Shown piece after piece: positions 53,111-64,000 of a DNA stretch of 64,000 nt. The stretch lies in assembly GCF_009914755.1 (NCBI RefSeq), contig NC_060941.1; one strand, written 5' to 3'. Each line of letters begins with the position of its first letter. Position 1 is the first letter of the stretch. The stretch is from the human T2T-CHM13v2.0 reference genome, Homo sapiens. Both the position numbers and the translations under genes were made by a program. The notes under the pieces are model-generated. The model saw only the letters and a program-made list of their open reading frames with translations. It did no database searches and was not told the origin of the DNA.

Positions 53111-53263
53111 GTTGCACGTAGCACAGTTTCATTAGTTTGGCCTTGAGGGGCCAAGAGCAATCCTGCTTTGCACCACCCACCATGAAAGGGAGCAGGAGCT
53201 GGCAGGGTGCGGTGGCTCACGCCTGTAATCCCAGCACTTTGGGAGGACGAGGCGGGAGGATCA

Positions 53264-53587
<324 letters not shown>

Positions 53588-53858
53588 TCAGCTCACCAGC
53601 CTGTAGATTGCTCCTCATAAGGCCACTGCGGGCCTCAATATCATAAAACTCTATAGGGATATGGGTCACGTTAAGTATTGTCCTTTGACCTCATATCAAA
53701 TGAACAAGCATCAGGAAAAATTGTGAAAGGGTTTGAAATAGGCCTAAAACATTCCTGGGTGTCTTCAACAAAAAGTAGAGGCAATCTAGCACATTCTTCC
53801 AGCTTATCTGACTCTATGAGGTTTCTGTGCCTTTCATTGTCTTTGAGATATCTTATAA

Positions 53859-54355
<497 letters not shown>

Positions 54356-54822
54356 TGAGTAAGTTATAGCATTTCACTGGTTCACTCATTAATTGATAAG
54401 TTAAATAAAATATTTGACACATGTTCATATTATATTTGCATGAGAGTTATGATTTTACTCCTAAAAATTATAAGACTCCGCTATGGAGCTTTTATTTAAA
54501 TAATAATAACTAATATTTATTGAGTGCTTACATATTTCTCACGTTTCCTTTAATCCTATGAGTCAGTTACTGTTATTACCCTCTTTTTACAAGAGAGAAA
54601 CAAGACTCTCAGAGAGGTTAGTACTCTTGTCCACGATCCCACAGCTGAAGTGGTGATGCTGGCTGCCTGCCTTCAGCCCTGAGCCCTAATTCCTCACACA
54701 GGGCCTCTGGAAGAAAAACATTTCAGGGCCCGGTGCGGTGGCTCACACCTGTAATCCCAGCACTTTGAGAGGCCAAGGCAGGTGGATCGTCTGAGGTCAG
54801 GAGTTTGAGACTAGCCTGGCTA

Positions 54823-55179
<357 letters not shown>

Positions 55180-56904
55180 TCACCTTGTTCTATACCACTG
55201 TCTCCATGTTTCCTGTTTCTTTAGAGCTTCATTACCTGATTAAACACAATTGAAATAAATAGATACGTAAAAATCAAAAAGGCAGCCAAGTTGGGGTATG
55301 AGAATATGCACAGGAAATGGTGCTTCTAGACAGAAATGAGATTCATGTGATTTAGGACCACGTCAGGAGCCTGTGTAAACATTCCTAATACTCAGAATGT
55401 GAGAACACATCTGGGCTTGTGGATGAATACCTCCCAAATGTCAAGGACGTGCTTTAATTAGAGCTTTTTAAAAATGGACCAGTTGCAGCCAGCGCTATGG
55501 CTGGTGACTGTAATCCCAGCATTTTGGGAAGCTGAGGCGGGAGGATCACTTGAGCCCAGGAGTTCGAGACCCCCCTGGACAACATAGTGAGACACCCCAT
55601 CTCTACATGAATTTTGTTTTTTAATTAGCCAGGCATGGGGGTACATGCTTGTGGTCCCAGCTACTCGGGAGGCTGAGGTGGGAGGATTGCTTGAGTCGGG
55701 AGGTGGAGGCTACTGTGAGCCATGATTGGGCCATGGCACTCCATCCTGAGCAACAGAGCGAGACCCTGTCTCAAAAACAAAACAAACAAATAAACAAAAC
55801 CCAGAAAACTTGGTTGTGATGGTGTACTGTAGCTTTGCAAAATGTTACCATTAGGGGAAACTGGCACATATCTCTGTATTATTTACTGCAAATGCATGCA
55901 AATGTACTATTATCTCAATAAAAATATTTCTATTTAAAAAATAGGGCTGGATGCCATGGCTCACACCTGTAATCCCAGCACTTTTGGAGGCTGAGGCAGG
56001 AGGATCACTTGAGGTCAGGAGTTGGAGACCAGCCTTGCCAACATGGTGAAACCCTGTCTCTACTAAAAACACAAAAATTAGCCAGGTGTGGTGGCACGTG
56101 CCGTGGGCCCAGCTACTCAGGAGGCTGAGGCAGGAGAATTCGCTTGAACCCGGGAGGTGGAGGTCGCAGTGAGCCGAGATTGCACCACTGCACTCCAGCC
56201 TGGGCAATAGACCGAGATTTAGTCTCAAAAAAAACAAAACAAAACAAAACAGAAAACCTTGAATTTTCACATTGCTCTTTAGAATGTGGAAGGAACCTGG
56301 AAATTTTCTCTGAGGGTGAGAGGGAGAAAATATGCTCCCAATAAGGGGAAATTCTAAACGGAAAACAAACAGGAACATTTTGCACCTAGAAAAGATCTTG
56401 TATATTCAGGGAGGTAAAGGGGATTTCTGCAAATCATTGTGAGATGCATTGACAAGCCTCAGCTCCTAAATGAAATGTTTTTCTCCCAGGTCGTTTGAAG
56501 GCCAGTTTCCCCAGAAAGCTACTCTTAGATGAACCTCTCTTAAGAGAGAGATGGGCAAGTAGGAGGTGCTCTTAGCTCCCTCTCTCCCATCCCCCATAGG
56601 ATGAGGCTACAGAGGAATCCCTTAGGTCAACTTACAGAGAAGGACCCTGAGGCCCTGAGGTTGGCCATGTCTTGTCTGTGTGGCCAGCAAGGGGACTGCT
56701 GGGCCTGGCAGTGTCTCAGGACTTCCTGGCCAGGGAGCTTCCTTTGTTGTCTCTGGAATCCCCCCTTGCCCTGTGTCCTTGAGTCTAGGACCTGGCACAG
56801 GTACATGTGATGCCATGCCCAGGGTGCTGTAATCCAGGCACTGGCCTCTAAGGAATGGTTACGGAGGGCCAGACCAAGTCCAGCAGAGCCAGCTCTCACC
56901 AGGC

Positions 56905-57625
56905 CTGTGCAGTGGGTGAGCATATGTGATGGGAGGACATATGCAGTGGGTGGGCATATGTAGTGAGTGGGTATACGTAGTGAGTGGGTATATGTAGTGA
57001 GTGGGTATATGTAGTGGATGGGCATATGCAGTGAGTGGGTATATGCGGTGGGTGGGCATATGCAGTGGATGGGTATATGCAGTGGATAGGCATGTGTAAT
57101 GGGCAAGCATATGCAATGGGTGGGCATATGCAGGGGTTGGGTATATGCAGTGGATAGGCACACGCACTAGGTGGGAATGTCATGGGTGGGCATATGTCAT
57201 GGGTGGGCACATGAAATGGACAGGCATATGTCATGAGTGGGCATATGCAGTGAGTGGGCACATGCAGTGGATGGGCATGTGCAGTGGGTGGGCATATGCA
57301 GTGGGTGGGCATGTGCAGTGGGTGGGCATGTGCAGTGGGTGGGCATATGCTGTGGGTGGGCATACGCAGTGGATGGGCATGTGCAGTGGATGGGCATGTG
57401 CAGTGGGTGGGCATACGCAGTGGGTGGGCATACACAGTGGGTGGGCATGTGCAGTGGGTGGGCATGTGCAGGGGGTGGGCATACGCAGTGGGTGGGCATA
57501 TGCAGTGGGTGGGCATATGCAGTGGGTGGGCATATGCAGTGGGTGGGCATATGTGATGGGTAGGCATATGCAGTGAGTGGGCAAATGCAGTGGGTGGGCA
57601 TATGTCATGGGTGGGCATATGCAGG
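56905..57625. repeat. 17-bp G-rich minisatellite (GCAGTGGGTGGGCATAT)n, about 42 units
   Basis: Direct reading; produces 17-aa periodic ORFs such as MPTHCICPPTAYAHPLH. Confidence 0.95.
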
Positions 57626-59804
57626 GCTGGGCACCTGCAGCAAGTGGGTTGTCGCGGGAGACTTTGCCCACACTAAGAGACTCTGAGTTTCAGTTTTCTG
57701 CCGCCTAACATGATATACTTGCGACTGCCTGTAAATCCATTTTTAACCCCCAACTAGGGAAGCTGAAGGAAGAGGAACAGCAGGGCCACCAGCTCAGCCC
57801 GCTGGCTGCATTGTTCTCCCCTGACATTGTTCTCAGGCCGGCTCTGCTTACCCAGAAGGCCCCCGTAACCCCTGGGGAATCCGATGAGATTGTTTTTCCC
57901 AAGACTGGGCTCTTCAGGTGTGAGCTGCAGTTCTTGGGCCACGTAGGTTACTGTGGCATTTCTGCAGCAGGAAAGAGGAAGGAACTTCTGATCTGTGGGG
58001 CAACGGCATCAACAATGTGCACCCCCACCAGCTGGCAGCGCGAAGAGGAAAGGAGCTCAGTTTCCATAGTGATAAATCACGAGGAAGGGAGCCTGGAGGG
58101 AGCCGGCAGTAAGACTTCTCCCTTCCCCTGGCTCCCTGCAAACGCATTCCCAATGCCAGAGTCAGTTAGCCGCCTGGCGCCTCTCCAGACTGAGCCCCCA
58201 GAACCGCAGGTAGAGGAAGACGGAAGGGGCTCTGCCAGATGGAAAACAAATTCCCAGCTCCTCTTCAATGTGTCAGTAAGGCATGGGTGCCCGAGCGGAT
58301 GCGTCGGGGCCCAGGGCTGTGCCACACCTGGGTGGCCACCACATGCGAAGCTCTCGATGCATGCCACCTACATTATTCCATTCCATTCTCTTCTATTACG
58401 CCCTACACACGACTGTGTTCTATTAAATGAGCCCACAGCACAGGTGCTATTAGCCCTTTTATCACAGAAGAACAAACAGGCCTTGTGAGGGAGAGAGATG
58501 CACCAGAGACAATTCACCAAGTTAACAATAGCTCCTGAAGGTCTCAAGGCTCTCTTCTGAGATTCTTTCTCTTGCCAAAATCAGACTATTTTCCCCAAAG
58601 AAAACATTTGAGTTTTTTTGAAATGTTCTGGGAAGTCGTTTATCCCAAACGTCATCAGCCACTCTTTATGCAGGCCACGGTCTCTTGCCTGTAACCCTTG
58701 CATGTGCTGTTCCTTCTGCTTGAAATGCTGTTCCCTGCTTCCTTGGTCAGCTAACTCCTCAGGGTACTTGTCTCATCCCTCCTTCCCAGTAGCTCAGATG
58801 CCTTGCTTTCTGGGCTCCCACAGAACTTACACCATATTATGAAGCAACACAGAGTAATAGTAGGAGAAAAGGCTCTTCTAGGCCCAGACTAGCTGTGTGA
58901 CCTCAGAGGATTTGCTTAACTTCTCTGAGCCTTGATTTCTTCATAGGCAAGATGGAGAGAATGCGAGCATCTGCCTCACAGTGTGTCTGTGAGGATTGGA
59001 CATTAACATATGTAAAGCTCTTAGAAAATGCTTGCCTGCGGTTAATGCTCTAGAAACATTAGTCACTAAAGAATTAAGTTCTTAAAGCAAGAGCCATTCT
59101 TCATGGATATCTCTAGATCTAGAGGCTTAGGCCCAACTGGGTATGGAGCAAATGTCACTCTGGATTCGTGGGAGACTATTTTCCAGCTACACTTTAGGCA
59201 ACAGGCACGGTGCTAGGCACCTTGATTCATAAGATTTAATTTAGTTAAGTCATTCCAGGACTGGTCTCAGATAGCCCAGGACCAGCATTTTGTCACTGTA
59301 GCCTGCAGCATTCTCGAATGGCCCTCTGATCACCTGATATCCCCTCCAGACTTCCTGCCCTGCCCAGGCCTGAAAAGAGTCCCCACACTCAGTGACAGGT
59401 GAAGAGGCCCTCAGCCTTGCCACAACAGGGGTTACCCATGTGGTCTGTAAACACCAAGAGATTTAAATAATGGACATACCTGCATCCCAGGGGCCACTCA
59501 GACGGCAAAAGACAAACCCCACCTTGGGCAGCCACTCTCCTCCATGGTTCCACTTGAAAAAATGAAATGAAACTCTTCATGCAAATACTCGGGTGCTAAA
59601 CAGTTATGTAACAGCCAAGTCTCTCCACTTAAAAATACAGTCTTCTCCAAATCTATAGAGACAGGATGCCGACCAGAGGTTGCCTGGGACTTGGAGAGGG
59701 ATCGGAGGACGACTGCCATTGGGCAAGAGGGAACTTTTGGGGGTAAAGAAAATGTGCTCAACTGGATTGTGGTGATGCTTGTACAACTCTGTCTTCACAA
59801 ATTG

Positions 59805-60666
<862 letters not shown>

Positions 60667-60683
60667 AATTAATTGTACACTTA

Positions 60684-61524
<841 letters not shown>

Positions 61525-61586
61525 TTAGCTTTGTCTTCCCGGTGCCCACGGCCTGCGGAGGGCAAGACTCAAGGTCAGAAACATCA

Positions 61587-62032
<446 letters not shown>

Positions 62033-62515
62033 TCATTGACTGAATGGCCACTAAATGCTCTGTGCAGGCTGGATGAGGGGCTACAAAAATGAGTACCACA
62101 CTTCCCTGCCCCTAAGGAGGTGAATTACAAACCCACGACACACTCACCTCCAAACACACAATCATTCAAAGCAAAGAGAGAAAGATGTCTCATTTTTCCC
62201 TTCTATGGGAGAGAAACTTTTTTGACCTTGTCCAATAAAACTAACATTCACATATATGTGGTGTTTGCTTTTAGAATTGCATTTTGTAATTAGTAAGAGA
62301 ACATCACCTTTTTAGAATTATCACAGTTCCACTTGTCCATGGTCAACACAAAGCTACTTGCTAGTAGGTCTGGCTCTCAGCTATCCAGATACGAAATTCT
62401 GACCAACTACCAAAATCATAATAACGCATTCTTTAAATTCACCTCATCGGAGATGGAGTCTTGGAGACTTAATTACATGTGCTGTTGGTGTAATTAAACT
62501 TTTTTCTTTGTGAAT

Positions 62516-62929
62516 ACTGTTGTCCCTCGATATCCATGGGGGATTGTACCAGACCCCCACAGATACCAAAATCTCAGGATGCTCAAGTCTTTTCTGTAAA
62601 ATGGCATAGTATTAGCATATAACCTAGGTACACCCTTCTGTATATTTAAAATAATCTCTAGATTACTTATGGCCAACTCTAGGTGTACTGCCTATGAGTT
62701 AGCTCTGCTCCATAAGGAGAAGTAAAAAAAAAATCATCTATAGATTACTTATAAAACCACATAAGATGCTGCACATCATTTCGTTTGTGGGGGATTCAAC
62801 ATAGTACTCAGCACGTGGAAAATTCAAGTTTCAACTTTTGAAACTGTGGAATTTTTTTCTGAATATTTTCTATCCACGGTTGGTTGAATCCATGAATCTG
62901 GAACCCATGGATATGGACAGCTATATCTG
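62516..62929. mobile_element. MER2B-like Tigger-family DNA transposon
   Basis: tgttgtccctcgatatccatggggg...ccatggatatggacagct terminal inverted similarity; MER2 body motifs. Confidence 0.75.
62671..62733 (+). mobile_element. Short A-tailed retrocopy of an ERV1 LTR R-region segment inserted in MER2B
   Basis: 37/47 ungapped identity to 52914-52960; A10 tail; 23-bp TSD (2 mismatches) at 62648-62670 and 62730-62752 after TTT/AAAA. Confidence 0.8.
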
Positions 62930-63288
62930 CAAAGGGGCTCTTTTTTTTGAATGAGGAAGACTCAATGACATTCCACTCTATTCCTTCCACTTCCATGGTG
63001 CCATTCCGGTACTAGAGGATTTCACAAAAACTGCCCCATACAGTGGAGGCTTCAGCCACTGTAAACTTATAAGCCCAAGAATCCCATTACTTAGCTCATC
63101 AATGATATGACCACGGCAATCTGGGCATTTCAAGAAGGAAGGAGATGCATTCTCTCTCTCTCTCTCTTTTTTTTTTGAGACAGACAGAGTCTTGCTCTGT
63201 CACCCAGGCTGGAGTGCAGTGGTGTGATCTCAGCTCACTGCAACCTCCACCTCCTGGGTTCAAGCAATTTTCTTCCTCAGCCTGCTGA

Positions 63289-63513
<225 letters not shown>

Positions 63514-64000
63514 TAATTAATCAAATATACATATAAATACAAATAGAAAAATCATTGACTACTTAGTTAATGCTATTTTGGATAAAATATTCCCAATAAT
63601 GAGATTTATAAAATACAAATAATGAAGGGGCCAGGAGTGTTGGCTCATGCCTATAATCACAACACTTTGGGAGGCAGAGGCAGGAGGATCACATGAGTCC
63701 AGGAGTTTGAGACTGGCCTGGGCAGCATAGTGAGACTCCATCACTAAAACAAACAAACAACAAAACAAAACAAAACAAAACAATTAGCTGGGCTTGGTGG
63801 TGCATGCCTGTAGTCCCAGCTATTAGGGAGGCTGAGTTGGGAGGATGAGGCCCTGGAGTTCAAGGCTGTAGTGAGCCATGGTTGTGCCACTGCACTCCAG
63901 CCTGGGCAACAGAGCGAGACCCTGCCTCAAAACATAAAATAAATAAATACATAATAAAAATAATGGGGGGTTTTTGATGGTGAAAAGGTAGGACTGCCAG

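Noticed and set aside
56905-57625. CRISPR-like array
   Set aside because: Contiguous tandem units with no unique spacers, no cas genes, human context.
56627-57671. Cys/His/Pro-rich 100-240 aa ORFs resembling metal-binding or keratin-associated proteins
   Set aside because: They are translations of a 17-bp minisatellite that is open in several frames on both strands.
57811-58488. 225-aa ORF in unique sequence
   Set aside because: Non-ATG start, no recognisable domain or splice support; GC-rich DNA gives such ORFs by chance.

Overview
Human (primate) genomic DNA containing the 5' two-thirds of PECAM1 (CD31) on the minus strand: promoter and coding exons 1-9 (signal peptide, six Ig-like domains each on its own phase-1 exon, transmembrane exon; codons 1-629 plus 1 nt). 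The cytoplasmic exons lie beyond the left edge, and about 27 kb of upstream DNA is included. The haplotype encodes Val125 and Asn563. The window is very repeat-rich: about 70 Alu copies or monomers by my count, a 3-kb 5'-truncated L1PA3-like element with an almost uninterrupted ORF2 frame inserted into an Alu in intron 5, old L1M/L2/MIR remnants, MaLR and ERV1 LTRs, several DNA-transposon MITEs and a 17-bp G-rich minisatellite. Nearly all short ORFs in the track are Alu or VNTR artefacts. The most unusual observation is two independent ~45-55-nt inserts (41799-41844 and 62671-62723). Each has an A-tail and a target-site duplication, folds into TAR-like hairpins, and appears to match the first nucleotides of an ERV1 LTR transcript; one is 79% identical to the R region of a solo LTR in this same window. 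This suggests L1 retroposition of short promoter-proximal ERV RNAs. Other highlights: a 31-bp duplication of the exon-4 branch point that creates a stop-containing cryptic acceptor, two strong-Kozak uORFs, an internal acceptor in exon 1 with candidate far-upstream exons, and a template-switch hairpin mutation inside L1 ORF2. Repeat subfamily names come from remembered consensus sequences, not from a search.
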